Assembly: GCF_009914755.1 (NCBI RefSeq)
Contig: NC_060926.1
Strand: one strand, 5' to 3'
DNA: 64,000 bases
Source of the DNA: the human T2T-CHM13v2.0 reference genome, Homo sapiens
A program made the position numbers and the translations under genes. Within the stretch, counting starts at the first letter, position 1; the number at the start of each line of letters is the position of its first letter. Shown here in pieces: positions 29,700 through 42,361 of the stretch. The notes under the pieces were generated by a model. That model saw only the letters and a program-made list of their open reading frames with translations, was not told the origin of the DNA and made no database searches.

Positions 29700-32580
29700 T
29701 TTGGGTGCTGTATCTGTGCCAAAGTCAGAGGGGAGCTCATAATAGGCCACACGGACAGTACATGTGTCCCCCAGAGGAGGGCTCTTTCCCTGGCCATTCC
29801 CCTATGAGCAGTCAACCATGGGGGCCGTGTATTGAACACCCAAGGAGTAACATGCAAGTCATACTGTAGGCCTTTCCCCCAGGGAGCTACAATGACCAAC
29901 CACTGGCAATGGGGTGCTTGGAGGATCCATGGCCACAACCAGGTTTTCTATTCCCCTGCCTTCAGGTGCACTAGGTCAGGTAACAACAGGTTACCATTCA
30001 TCGCCATACCTGGTTGGAGGAGGTCATCCTTAGTGTGTATCTACAACTGAATGGGGGTGGCAGCCTGTTATAAGAAAGCCTCCACCAGGGCCAGGCTGCC
30101 TTTCCGTGGCCATTCATTCGAGGTTTAGAGCACCAGGTCCAGCCTGGAACTCCAGCCCCACAAAGACAGGAGTGTGACATGCAAGTATAACCCATTCTTC
30201 AAGAGCCCATTATATTGCCCAATCATACCTGCAGCTTGCAGGTTGTATGGCACACGGAATCTCCACTTTATGTCCATTTGTTATGCCAAGTGTTGTAGGT
30301 GTCATCCAGTGAAATGTGTTCTCCTCTCAGTCTCAACGGCCAGAGGGTGACCATACAGGGGACATAAGTATTTCAGGGCCTGGATGGTGTTCTGTTGGTC
30401 AGCCACCCTACAAGTGTAGGTGAACAACAGGCCTGTGGCCGTGTCCACATCTGTTAGCACATGCGTATACCCTTGTGACTTTGGCAGCGGCCCGATGTAG
30501 TCTATTTGCCACCTGGTCAAGGGCACTCACCCTGTTGTTACTTGTTGCGTAACATTGGACAGCTGCCTCATTTAGGGCATGCCTGAGCACATGCCAGGCA
30601 TTTCTGAAAAGCCTCCCAAATGTCTTGCGTGGGCAGGGACAGACCCCAATGCGTATTGACCTGTTGTATCAGTTTACCCCCTGCATGTCCCAATTTCCAG
30701 TGTAGCCACAAGGCCACATCTCATGTAGGTGCCGACTCTAACCATTGGACCTTGGCCAAGGCATCTGCCTCATCATTGCCGGGGGTGGCCAAAGGCATAT
30801 GGCCTGACACATGATAAACGGTTACCTGTTTCTGATGACCCATTTCCCAGAGGTCTTGCCACGTGGCTTGACCCCAAATGGGTTGGTGGCCGACTAGCAA
30901 CTTCTGTATTTTCCAGGTAGTTAACCACAAAGTTAAGCCTTGGTAGACCACCCAGCTATTGATACAGATTACCATCAGTGTCACCTCCTTGGTGATCACC
31001 ATCCACACTGCTCTAAGTTCAGCCCATTGGCTACTTTGTCCACACCGGGTTTCAAACCATATGGTGTCAGTACTAGGTTGGACTGCAACAGCGGTCCAAG
31101 CAGTTATAGCACCTCGGCTAGACCCATCTGTGTACCATGGCCTATCGAGAATGGGGGGACACCCTCCCTTAAATGCTGAAGGCTCAGGGTCTAGGGGTGC
31201 CTCAGGCCCCATGGCCTTAGGCCCCATGACCTTATCTTGCATTAGGACTATAGGTCCCAAGACCTTTTGCAGCTCTGCTGCTATGGTACTTGTACTCAGC
31301 TTACTCCACTGCTCCAAGTAGGCACTCCACTTTGCCAAAGTGGATGTCTGTGCCATCCCAGTTCAGGGGGTCGTTACCCATGAATGCACCCATCCTGCTA
31401 TAGGCTAAGTCATCCACACGATGACTGCACCCTGCCCTGTCACACTCTCACAAGCCTGAAGGGTGGCATATATAGCTGCTAGCTGTTTCTCTATCAAGGA
31501 ATAACAGAACTCAGCTCCCTTCCATAGTTGGGACCAAAAGCCTACCGGTGTTCTCAAGTGCTCTGTGCACTGCCACAGGCCCCAAACAAAACCATCTGTG
31601 TTCATCTGTGGTCACATGCACATCCAGCTCAAATAGGCGCCCCTGGTCCACTACCCATAGGGCTTATGCCTGCTGAATAGCCCGCTTGGCTGCCAGGAAG
31701 GCAGTCTCAGCTGCATCATTCCAATCCCAGGTAGCTCCCTGCTTTGTTAATCAATGGAACGGTTTTATCATTTGAGCTAAATGGGGCATAAATGCCCACC
31801 AATATCCCAGGAGGCCCACAAAAATTTGCAGCTGCTTCGTTGTGGTGGGCTGGAGATATGCCTGAATCTCATCAACGATAGCCTCTGGGATGGCCTTTGT
31901 CTTACCCGACCAGATAACTCCCAAGAATTTGACAAATGAAGCAGGCCCTTGGACCTTAGATTTGTTGACGGCCCAACTGCATGCTGCCAAATGTCGCCAC
32001 AAGAGGGATGCCACCACTTCTAAATCTGCAAGAGAATCAGAGGTTAACATATCATCAATATAATGGAATAGGTGGACCCATTCTGGCATTGGCCAGGCAG
32101 CTAAATCCGTGGCAACTAGACCATGACATATGGTGGGACTATGCATATAGCCCTGCAGCAACACTGTAAAAGTTCATTGTTGCCTGTCCCATGTGAAGGC
32201 GAACTGTTCCTGGCTCTCTGGAGTGATATCGATGGAGAAAAATGCATTGTCTAAGTCCACTACGTAGTGGTACTGTCCCACTTCCATCATCAAACAGTCC
32301 ATCAAATCCACGTTTGATGATACAGCTTCATGCAAAGAGGGTGTTACTTTTTTCAGTTCCCAATAGTCCACCATCATCCACCAGTTTCTATCAGGCTTTC
32401 TAACTGGCCACACTGGAGAACTGTAGGGGCTATGGGTGCCACGCACTATCTGCACCTCTTCCAGCTTTTTGTCTCAGTTATCTCTGTATGTCCATCCGGC
32501 AAGCAGTATTGATGGGTGGAAGTAACCAGTCAGGGTTGTGGCAGAACCTGAGGCTGGTGATGTGTATGTCCGTGCAGCAC
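29700..32580 (-). pseudogene. pol: pol remnant (RT, RNase H, integrase)
   Basis: SPVWPVRKPD, VDLDNAFFSI, LQGYMHSP, HYIDD; RNase H WYTDGS...AELRA...GNDEAD; IN HWKLGH...CLAC and WQIDYIGPLP; many stops and frameshifts; IN acidic residues look mutated (VETER, MIGQYNG); lower bound approximate. Confidence 0.92.
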
Positions 32581-32583
32581 CAG

Positions 32584-32907
32584 CTACACCACATGCACTC
32601 GGAGTCTGAATTCCCTGGCTGTAGTTTGTAATGCCAAGCCATGTAAAATGTCCACCCCCAGAATGTATTCAGGTATGGGAGAAACACACACAGTATATAA
32701 ACGGGGAGTCAAACAACGGATGCCAAGGTACAGAGATACAGGTTTCACTTTCACTGACTCGCTTTCATAACCCTCAATGTAAGCAGGTTTGCCCAGAAAC
32801 TTATTCAGGTTCCCATAAAGAAGGCTGCAATCTGCACCAGTATCCACCAGTGCCAGCACCTGCACCCACCGTACATTGGTGGGGGACCAGTGGATCGCTA
32901 ATTCCAC
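32584..32907 (-). pseudogene. pro: Retroviral aspartic protease remnant
   Basis: ALVDTGADCS active site and EYILGVDIL motif. Confidence 0.9.
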
Positions 32908-32929
32908 ATGTGGCCTCCAATCGTCCAGT

Positions 32930-33889
32930 GTCCCCCCAAACTGGGCATCCCGGCAAGTTCCCTAATGAAACAGAAACAGCTCTACATGTCCTCCTGGCTA
33001 CAGCAAGTAGTCTTTGAGGTAAAGCACCCGGGTGGGACCGGGTGGCGCAGCAGTGTATTTCTCCCCCTTGGGCATTTTCTGGAATTGCTGCTCCAGAGAC
33101 AACTGTCTCCACAAAGCTAAGAGTACTTCATTGGGCTGCTTATTGATTTTCTCTTGGTCAACCCCAGCCAAAATCAAATCTATCCATATCCATGAGCGTG
33201 TCACTTGTTGAGGCCCCCTTTTCTCCCATGGGGGCCCCCCTGTGGGTGGGGCATCTTCCCCTTCTTTAAGGCGCAGACCCCTTGGTCCTGCCAGTGGCCT
33301 TCTGCTTCCCTGAGAGCCGCCATAGCAGTGGTCACTTCATGTATGTGTCACCCTACATACAGGGTGGGGACAGCAGCTAGGGAGTCAAAGGCACTCAGGG
33401 GTGCAGAACCCAACACGAGACTCCTCATGTGGGAGTGAAATGTTCATCATCTGGCCTCTGAGTATTCAGGTCAAACATAGCCTGCTGCATACCCATCTCC
33501 CGGATGACTTGCCCCAAATCACCATATGACTGTCATTTACTCACAGTTTCAGGTATTTCACCAGTGTCGTCCCACATAGTCCGTATGGCTGCCCATAGCC
33601 ACTCAATCAGGGTGTGGTCACCTTGCCCTTGTGCCAACTGCCCGCTCACCTGCAACCAACGTGCTGCATCCCTCAGAGACTGGAAGTGTAGTTCTTCTAG
33701 TGCAGTCAAAAATGCCCATCCAACTCTGCAAGCAAAGACTCGTTCATTCTCAGTGCTCTGTGCTTCCAGCTGCTTCAGCATATTCTCCATGCTTGCTGGG
33801 GACCCATCTACCTCTGCCCATGTTTCCCTCAGAGCCCATCCAAGCAGCACAGCTGCCACCGTGTATCACAACCCATGTTGTGGATACAT
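32930..33889 (-). pseudogene. gag: gag remnant
   Basis: ATG at 33889 (MYPQHGL*YTVAAVLLGWA...), in frame with ORF 33533-33859; ORF 32998-33204 WIDLILAGVDQEKINKQPNEVLLALW; lies between PBS and pro. Confidence 0.75.
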
Positions 33890-33922
33890 GGCCGACCCAG
33901 AATCAGTGGGGACCAAAGGTTC

Positions 33923-33954
33923 ACTTACCTCAGGATCCTATTTGATATGCCAAT
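33923..33954 (-). promoter_or_regulatory. Degenerate tRNA-Ser-like PBS followed by a consensus splice donor
   Basis: Minus strand after the 5' LTR reads AT TGGCATATCAAATAGGAT CCT GAG|GTAAGT (donor 33923-33931). Confidence 0.6.
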
Positions 33955-34293
33955 TCTCAGGTTCTAACTGAGGTCCAAGGGGAGTTGGTGGGTGAGTGGC
34001 GGGTAGCAGGAAAAACACTCGAGGAATTGTAGACAGTTTTGACATGGCTTTACTCTCTCTCTGGGTGCAAGTGAGCCATATGTGCAGCATTACCGGGGTA
34101 ATTATACCTTTTACAGACAATAGTGGCTTTGAGCCAAGCATGAGCTCACATAGGTCATCATCTAATGCTCCTCACGTGGTGTGGTTGCATAATGTGCAGA
34201 GCTGTGCACCTGCACCACAAACCCGCTGAGTCATGCTGCACCAGAAGGCCACCTCAGCCTGCTCCTGACTGAAGCGCAGCCATTTCCCTCACA
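33955..34293 (-). repeat. 5' LTR (LTR18A)
   Basis: TGTGAGGGAAATGGCTG... on the minus strand; AP-1 TGAGTCA at 34227-34233; TATAAT and AGTAAA signals. Confidence 0.9.
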
Positions 34294-34998
34294 GCTATGT
34301 AAATACCTTGATTTAAAAATAGTTTATTACTAACAACAACAACAAAAAAGCTAATGATCACCTGAGCCTTCAGCAAATAATAATCTTCTTATTAGCGAGG
34401 GGTTTAGCCTCAATGTCGACATCTGCTGACTGGTCAGGGTAATGATTGCTGAATGTTGGGTTGTCTGTGGCAGTTCTTTAAAATAAGACAATGAAGTTTG
34501 CCACATTGGTCGACTCTTCCCTTCATGTAAGATTTCTCTAGCATACAATGCAGTTTGATAGAATTTTAGCCACAGTAGAACTACTTTCAAAATTTGAATC
34601 AATTCTCTCAAACCCTGCTGCTGCTTTATCTACTAAGTTTCTGTAATACTCTAAATCTTTTGTTGTCATTTCAACAATGTTCACAGCATCTTCACCAAGA
34701 GTAGATTCCTCCTCCAGAAGCCACTTACTTTGTTAGCCATAAGAAGCAACTGCTCATCCGTTCAAGTTTTATCATGACATTGCAGCAATTCAGTCACATC
34801 TGCAGTCTCCACTTCTAATTAGAGATCTCTTGCTCGTTCCACAACATCTGTGATACTTCCTCCACTGAAGTTTTGAACTCATTAAAGTCATCCATGAGGG
34901 TTGGAATTCACTTCTTCCAAATTCTTGTTAATGTTGATATTTTGACCTCTTCCCATGAATCAAGAATATTCTTCCCTCCTGCCCCCATATTTTTCACA

Positions 34999-35119
34999 CG
35001 TGAACCAGGCATGGGCACAGACTAAAAGCCAAGCTGGGATAAACAAGGAATTGCTGTATCTCTGGCTGATATGAGATGGGCACCACCAACCAGATGCTGC
35101 TCTACCCAGGTCAGAGATA
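34999..35119 (-). pseudogene. SNORA48: H/ACA snoRNA retrocopy (SNORA48-like), 3'-truncated, ACA box missing
   Basis: Minus strand TATCTCTGACCTGGGTAGAGCAGCATCTGGTTGGTGGTGCCCATCTCATATCAGCCAGAGATACAGCAATTCC...GCCCATGCCTGGTTCACG matches remembered SNORA48; H box ACAGCA; insert flanked by GAATATTC at 34964-34971 and 35122-35129. Confidence 0.75.
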
Positions 35120-38100
35120 ATGAATATTCCTAATGGCATCTAGAATGGTAAATCCTTTCCAGAAGGTTTTCTATTTACTTTGCCCAGATGCATCAAGAAA
35201 ACACTGTGTATGGCAGGTATAGCCTTACAAAATGTATTTCTTAATTAAAAAGACTTTAAAATTGATGCATTTTCAAGTTGAAAGACTTGATCCGTGGGCT
35301 ACAGAATAGCTATGGTTTTGGCAAGCATGAAAACACATTCGTCTCTTTGTACATCTCCATCACAGCTCTTGGATGGCTAGGTGCACTGTCAATGAGCAGT
35401 AATATTTTGAAAGGAGTATTTTTTTCTGAGCAGTAGGTCTCTCAACAGTGAGCTTAAAATAGTCAGCAAATCATGCTGCAAACAGATGTGCTATCCTCTA
35501 GGCTTTGTTATTCCATTTATAGAGCACAGGCAGAGTAGATTTAGCATAATTCTTAAGGGCCCTAGGATTTTTGGAATGGTTAATGACCATTGGCTTCAAC
35601 CTAAAATCACCAACTGCATTAGCCTCTAACAAGAGAATCAGTGGGTCCTTTGAAGCTTTGAAGTTGAACATTGACTTCTCCTCTAACTGTGAAAGTCCTA
35701 AATGGCATCTTCTAATAGATAGATAGCTGTTTCAACTACACTGAAAATCTGTTGTTTGTTCATCAATGATCTTAGCTAGATCTTCTAGATAACTTGCTGC
35801 AGCTTCTCCATCAGAACTTACTGCTTCACTTCGCACTTTTGTGGAGATGGCTTCTTTTCTTAAACCTCATGAACCACCTTGCGTTACTAGGGTCATACTT
35901 TTCTTCTGCAGCTTCCTCACCTCTCTCAGCCTTCAGAGAATTGAAGAGAGTTAGGGCCTTGCTCTGAATTAGACTTTATTTTAAGGAAATGTGGCTGGTT
36001 TGATCTTCTCCCAAGACCACTAAAACTGTTTATCAGCAAAAACGCTATTTCACAGCAAAAAGGCTGTTTTGCTTTCTTATCATTTGTGTATTAACTGAAG
36101 TAGCACTTTTAATTTGCTTCAATAACTTTTCCTTTACATTCACAACTTGGCTACCTGTTCAGCAGAAGAAGCCTAGCTGTCAGCCTGACATGTCTTCCTT
36201 ACTAAGCTTAATTATTTCTAGCTTTTGATTTGAATTGAGACATGTGATTCTTTCTTTCACCTGAACACTTAAAGGCCATTGAAGTAATCTTGGCCTAATT
36301 TGAATATTGTTGTGTCTTAGGGGAGAGGGAGAGAGATGGGGGAACAGCCGGATTCTGTGGTAGTCAGAACACACACAACATTTATCGATTGAATTTGCCT
36401 TTTTATATGGACATGTGTTGTGGCACCCCAAAACAGTTACAGTAGAAACATACAAGGTCACTGATCACGGATCACTATATTAGATGCAATAATAATGAAA
36501 AAATTTGAAATATTGCAAGAATTACCAAAATGTGACACAGAGACATGAAGTGAGCACATGCTGTGGGAAAAAATGGCACCCATAGACTTGCTGAATGCAG
36601 GGTTGTCGCAAACCTTCCATTTGTAAAAAACACAGTATCTGTGAAGAGCAAAAAAACAAGGTGTGCCTATACATTTATTCCTGCACTGGGGAAATGGGAG
36701 ATCAAGGAATGTTTACCAGAGGATGACATATAACATGAATCTCTTTTATCATCTAAAGTAAAAAAAAAAAATTATGTCATACGTATTATTCCTATTTGTA
36801 GAAGAGGAAGAGACTGAAGTACAGAAAGTCTATACATTCTATTTAAGGCCATATAATATTAGCATACATTTATATGGCTCTCACTCTACAAGAGCTTTAT
36901 GTTCATTCATGTAACCCTCACAGCCACCCTATAATACAGATGCTTTTGTCATTTCAGTTTTATAAAAAAACTGAGCCCTGTGGAAATAAATAAATAGAAA
37001 GAAGGGAAAAAAATTGAGGCCTGTGGGGTTAAGTAATTTGTCCAAGGTCATATACCAAGGTCGTATATGAAAAGGCAATGCTGGGATTTGAACCAAGGCA
37101 GATAGACTGTAGTGTCTATGTGCTTAACAACTATGGCATACACTGTCTCTTCCTCCCAGTTGGTCATTAAGCCTGATTGAAAACTCAGCAGTCAGACTGG
37201 AGAACCCATACAGTTAAGTAACAGAATGCCATTGGCATTTTAGATAGATTGTTTTGACTGTAGTAAAAGCAATAGCCTTAGGTGGGACTCATCTGGAGGT
37301 GGGAAGACCAAATAGAGGAAAGCATGGATGTTAGTCTGATCTAGGCTAATTGCAATAAATATGCAAGAGATATTTAGCAAATTGAACAATCAACTTTCTG
37401 ATTCATGAACACTGAGTGTGATTCAAAGGAGAAGGTCAGGAATCATGCGTTGTTTGATTGACTAGGTGAAAAGTTGATATTTGGATGGAGAATACAAGAA
37501 AGAGACAATTTAGGGGAAAAGATGATGAGTTTTTTATTCTCCATAAATTTTGTATTTGAAATGACCATAGGGTGCTCATATGAAGATATACAGAAGGCTG
37601 TGGAATTTGTGAACTGAGCTCAGGAGAAATATCTGGGCTGAGAAATAGAGAAAAGGACTAATCAGGGAAATGTAGGATTGCTAAGCATGTTTAAATACAC
37701 AGTGGAGTTTTTAGATCAAAATATATCGTGGCACAAATGTACACAGTTGTGGTGTGTGCATTGGGAGGCAGAGAGAGGGAGGGAGACGAAGAGAGGAGAA
37801 AACTTTTTGTAAGCCATGGGAGAAGACAACAGATTATTAATACTTAAAAGTTTATAAGTTTTTCCCTGTTTCCTGCTGAAATTAAGGGTCAACTTTTGGT
37901 GCTGTTTTATATATTGGGAAGGGAGGAAACTTGAAAGAAGCCAATAAAGCTAGAATCACTTAGATTAGGAAGTTTTAGGGAGAATACAATCAATCTTCAA
38001 AGACCGGAAAAGTGGATGTATTGAAGGAAAAAGTCATATTGGGTGGAGGTTAGAGTTTGAGGAAGATTTGGGTGTGTGAAATAAGATCCTGGGACAGCTG

Positions 38101-38596
38101 CCCTGCTGCACAATTAAGGGAGAAGACAAAAGAATCTAATTATCTTTTACTATGCATTAGCAATGAAATCCTACATTAGTGTGTCTTCATGAGAGTTCAG
38201 TAATGATTTAAGTTGTTTTTCATTTTTCAATGCTTTTTACATATAGGCTCCTGTTTTATTTGTTTTTAATATGAACATAGTTTTATGAGTCTGGCCAAAA
38301 GCCATCTTGGCTGTATATGGGTTACTTCTAATTTCTCTAGCAGTACTCCAGCAACCTATGTATAGTATTAGAGAAAGCAGACATTTGCATTCATTTATAG
38401 GAGTTTCATAACCTAGTGAGATAGAGAGAGTTGATAGTATTGACAAGTAGTGTTCAAGATAATGGAGATATATACATCATCTCAAAGTGCACATGTAGAT
38501 GTGGACCATGAAATACCAGAAGAAATTTAAGAATTTGAGATAAATATGAAAGATGCAAAATGTTAACATTGTTGGATCATCAAAAATAGTTTACAG

Positions 38597-38756
38597 GCTC
38601 AGTAGGATGGCTCATACCTGTAATCCCATCACTTTGGGAGGCCTGTGTGCTACAATCGCTTAAGTCCAGGAGTTTGAGACCAGCCTGAGCAGCATCGTGA
38701 GACCTCGTCGAAGAAGAAGAAGAAGAAGAAGAAGAGGAAGAGGAAGAGGAAATAAT
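38597..38756 (+). mobile_element. Alu monomer (FLAM-like) with (GAA)8(GAGGAA)3 tail, next to a minus-strand MIR (~38762-38880)
   Basis: GGCTCATACCTGTAATCCCATCACTTTGGGAGG; flanking AATA(G/A)TTTACAG repeat at 38585 and 38757. Confidence 0.8.
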
Positions 38757-38965
38757 AATAATTTACAGATGAAGAAATTAAGACTGAGAGAGGTTAGGTC
38801 TGTTGTCTAAGGTCACACACAACTAGCAATTATAGTAGCTGGTATTCAAACCTGATCAGTCTGGCTTCAAAGTGCATTCTCTTTCTAGTATGCTTTTGAA
38901 CTGCCTAGAAAAATAATGGCAATTTCTGAAATGCAACAGTATGATTCACGATAGTTGCTAGGCAT

Positions 38966-39440
38966 TGTACCAATCAGAATTCTTAGTTTTAAACAATAGA
39001 AGCCAGCTTTGTCTAAAGCAGAAAAGGAATATTTGGTAATATCATAGAGCCTGCAGAATCTATAGGGGTGCTGGAGAACTAGACTTAAGAAACTGGTAGA
39101 AATGAAGAAATGTAAAGCCTTGCCAATGTCATACCATAGGAAAATTCTGCTTTGAAGTCTGCTGCTGATACAGTTTCCACTGGACAGCCTTTAACATGCC
39201 ACTGGGTTCTGCTGCCTTTGGACACTCAATGAAGTTTGCTGTTTCAGTGTGACTGCAGCTTCCATGAGTAACCTCTGCCTCACTCTCACAAAATTCAAAG
39301 TCCTGGGTGGGAGCATTAGTTTGGTTAACAAAGGTCACATGACTGATGATCAATAATCAAATAACTAGGAAAGGGACTATCCCAGACTTTTTGAGATTTC
39401 CCAAAATAAGGAATGTGTTCAGACACTGGGCAGCCATCAA
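38966..39440 (-). mobile_element. Old MaLR LTR (MLT1 family, approximate)
   Basis: TGTACCAATCAGAATTCTTAGTT...AAGCAGAAAAGGAATATTTGG...AAGGTCACATG. Confidence 0.55.
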
Positions 39441-39472
39441 CAGATGTCATTTACACGTATGTGTGCATGTAG

Positions 39473-39474
39473 AC

Positions 39475-39509
<35 letters not shown>
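39473..39509. repeat. (CA)n microsatellite
   Basis: Directly visible. Confidence 0.95.
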
Positions 39510-39512
<3 letters not shown>

Positions 39513-39559
39513 TCGATGATTGTTTCCCAATGCCAGAGATTTCTCATTAAATTTGTAAC

Positions 39560-41500
39560 AGCATGGTGTTCAAATACTTTTCTTTTTAAATTTATGTTTT
39601 ACTACCTAAAACATAATGTTTCATGGTCTAAAGGAAGAAAAACACAAGTAAAGGAAAAGAAATAAAAAACTTTTAAAATTCCAGTACCTGATTAAAATAA
39701 CAGCAACATTTTTGTGTATATTCTTCCAGGCTTTGTTCAATACATAGAAATGAACTCTTTAGCCAAAGTAGGATGATAGTACATATTATAGTAAGACCAT
39801 CTTTTTAAAATTCACAATGTATTCTAAACATCTTTCTATGGCAATTTTAGAAGGACATACTATTCTGTTCCATGGATGTATCATAATTTGTTCAAAAATC
39901 ACAGATTATTGAACAGTTAGATTATTTACAGTTTTCTGTCATAAACAATGCTTTGATAAAAAACTATTTTTCATACCCTTTTCACATTATTGAATTACTT
40001 CAGAAAAATAAATTGCTAGAAATGCACTTGCCTCATCAAAATATAACACATTTTAAAGGCTTTTAGTTGTTACCCTCAATTTACTCTTTCAAAACATTAT
40101 ATTAATATATGCATAAATATGTACATTTTGCAATATGGATATTACAAGTTTTTGTGTTGCAAATTTGATAGATGAAAAGTAGGATTTCATTTCTTTTATT
40201 TGTTCAACGAGTATTTTTGAGACTCTGCTATATGCTTAACACAGACCTCATTTCTGGAGATAGACAAGCTGCTTACTTTTGTGGAGTTTACATTCTAGGG
40301 AGTATGTGAGGTGGCAGGCTGGGGACAAAGAACAAGTTCAGGAAAGAGAAAAAAAATGCTTAAATAAATTTGAAAAGAATGGGAGGATTAAGAGGATAAT
40401 TCAAATGGCGACTTAGATTGGGGTGGAGAGAGAGAGAAGTGTTTCAAGAAAAGAGGGAAAGCTTTTCTTTTGATTTTAATATCTAAATCAGGCAAAGATA
40501 ATACAAGAAAGAAAAATTATAGGACAGTCTCACATGGAAACTTCAATGCAGAAACCCTAAATAAAATATTGATAAATCAAAGTGAGTATTTGTGTTGGTA
40601 TCTCCTGACCACGTAGGCTTTATTTGAGGAATTCAAAAGTAGTTCAATGTTTTTCTTTTTAAAAATCTATCAGTGTAATCTGTAACATTGAACAAATTAA
40701 AGGAGAAAAACCATATGGTCATCCCAATAGATACATTAAAAGCATTCAATAAAATTGAACAATAATTATAAGAAAAACTCTTGGCACATTAGGAATAGGA
40801 GGACAATTTCTTAATATGATAAAAAGCATTTACAAAAAATAAGAAAAAAATTTTAAGAATAGCAAGCATGCCACTTTAAAGTATGAAAGAAAAGGTTGCC
40901 TGTTGTCATGCAAACTTGTCAACATTATACTAGAAGTTCTACCCAATGCAGTAATAAAAAGAGAAAGAAGAGAAATAAAAAGATTGACTAGCAAGACAGA
41001 ACTGTTATTATTTGCGCATGTTACTATTACCTATATAGAGTTAATAGAAAATGTCTGCAAATATGCTGGACTAAAAATCAGTTTATAAAATAATAACTCC
41101 CCTATCAATAATCAATTGATAAAAAGAAAAAGCTTACCAGTAATAATAACAAAAACTATAGAATAACAAGGATAAACATAACAGGCACTTATAAACAATT
41201 TATCTGAAGAAAACTATAAAACTTTGCTGAGAGACATTTAAACAAATAGACTGGTAAGACTAACACAATAAAACGCAAATTTCTTCCACATTAGTCTGTA
41301 AATAGAATCCTAGGTTTTCAGGTGTTTTATTTTGTTGATTAAAAGAAAAGCAGAAGAACAGATACTTATTAAGTGATTACTGTATGTCACACTCTACGGA
41401 GGCTGTTGGGATACAGCAAAGAATGAAACAAGCTTTATCAGGAATCATTGAAGATCTTCTAACATTTAATATGAATGCTATAAAGAACAAAAAACATGCA
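39560..41500. mobile_element. Ancient L1ME 3' end (~39560-40170 -), L2 (~40190-40450 -, ~41360-41500 -) and L1M ORF2 fragment (~40480-41310 +)
   Basis: AAAGGAGAAAAACCATATGGTCATCCCAATAGATACATTAAAAGCATTCAATAAAATT (L1 RT region); L2 tail TTGTTCAACGAGTATTTTTGAG. Confidence 0.6.
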
Positions 41501-42361
41501 GGAGGTATGAGGCTAATGTTGATTTGGGAGGTGATGAGGGGTGTGAGTAGAGGGAGGAGATATGCAGGCTTTGACATCTATCCGTTTAAAAATGTATTGT
41601 AAGGGGCATTGAGACCACAGTAGACAGATAAAAAAAGAATAAAACAGACAAATAGATCTGGGTATAGAGAAAGTTACAGTTTGTTTTAGGTGGCATTTTA
41701 AATTAAAACAGAGAAAGGATGAATTGTTAATAGAGTTGTGAAAATTGGGATGAAATGAGTACACTAATCTCACAATTTAGCGTCAGCCCAAATAAAGATC
41801 AGATGGGTTAAAGATGTTTACATTTTTCTAATTTTACTTTTCCTTATGAAATATTTTGAACATATTAAAAAGTACAGAAAATAATGACATTGGTAACTTT
41901 TAATCGAATCACATCACATTAATTCTGATTTCTCTCCCATTTTTTTAAAGAAATAATATATTACTGACAAAGCTAAAGCCCATCTCCATTCCTTCCCCTT
42001 GCCTCCCTCTCCAGAGGTAACCATTATTCTGAAATCAATGTGTTCATATGAATGGATATTTTTATATTTTTACTAAATATATGTTATTGTTAAATAATAC
42101 ATAGTGTTCTTTAACTTTTTAAACTTTTATGTTTGTTTGCTTTTACGTGTAGATCTTTAATCCACCTGGTTTTGTTTTATGTATGACTTGGGGTAGGTAT
42201 CTAATTTGATTTTTTCCATATGAATTACCTATCCTGCAGAAGAATCAATCTTATTCCCACTGATTCTAATAATACATCTTCTGTTTTATTTATTCCAGGT
42301 CTATATATTTTTAGTTGCTATTGTGAACGATTTTTTTTCTTTTCTCTCTCGCTCTCTTTTC

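Larger units (their letters stand above)
28056..34293 (-). mobile_element. HERV-S / HERVL18 provirus (class III ERV with LTR18A), ~6.2 kb, defective
   Basis: Two ~340-bp LTRs; exact 5-bp TSD GCTAT at 28051-28055 and 34294-34298; gag-pro-pol-env order on the minus strand. Confidence 0.92.
27883..36669 (-). mobile_element. Tigger1 copy B, near full length, containing the HERV-S provirus and a snoRNA retrocopy
   Basis: TA|CAGGCATACCTC at 27881-27894; ...AGGTGTGCCTA|TA at 36669-36671; body colinear with copy A. Confidence 0.95.
27700..37640 (-). mobile_element. L2 host fragments (~27700-27880, ~36672-36740, ~37220-37640) interrupted by Tigger1 copy B and MIRs (~36750-37140)
   Basis: L2-like text continues across the Tigger1 ends; MIR cores such as AAGTAATTTGTCCAAGGTCA...GGGATTTGAACC. 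Confidence 0.55.

Noticed and set aside
29546-33859. ERV ORFs as a domesticated gene or active provirus
   Set aside because: gag, pol and env carry stops or frameshifts, IN/RNase H catalytic residues look mutated, and the + strand ORFs are antisense shadows
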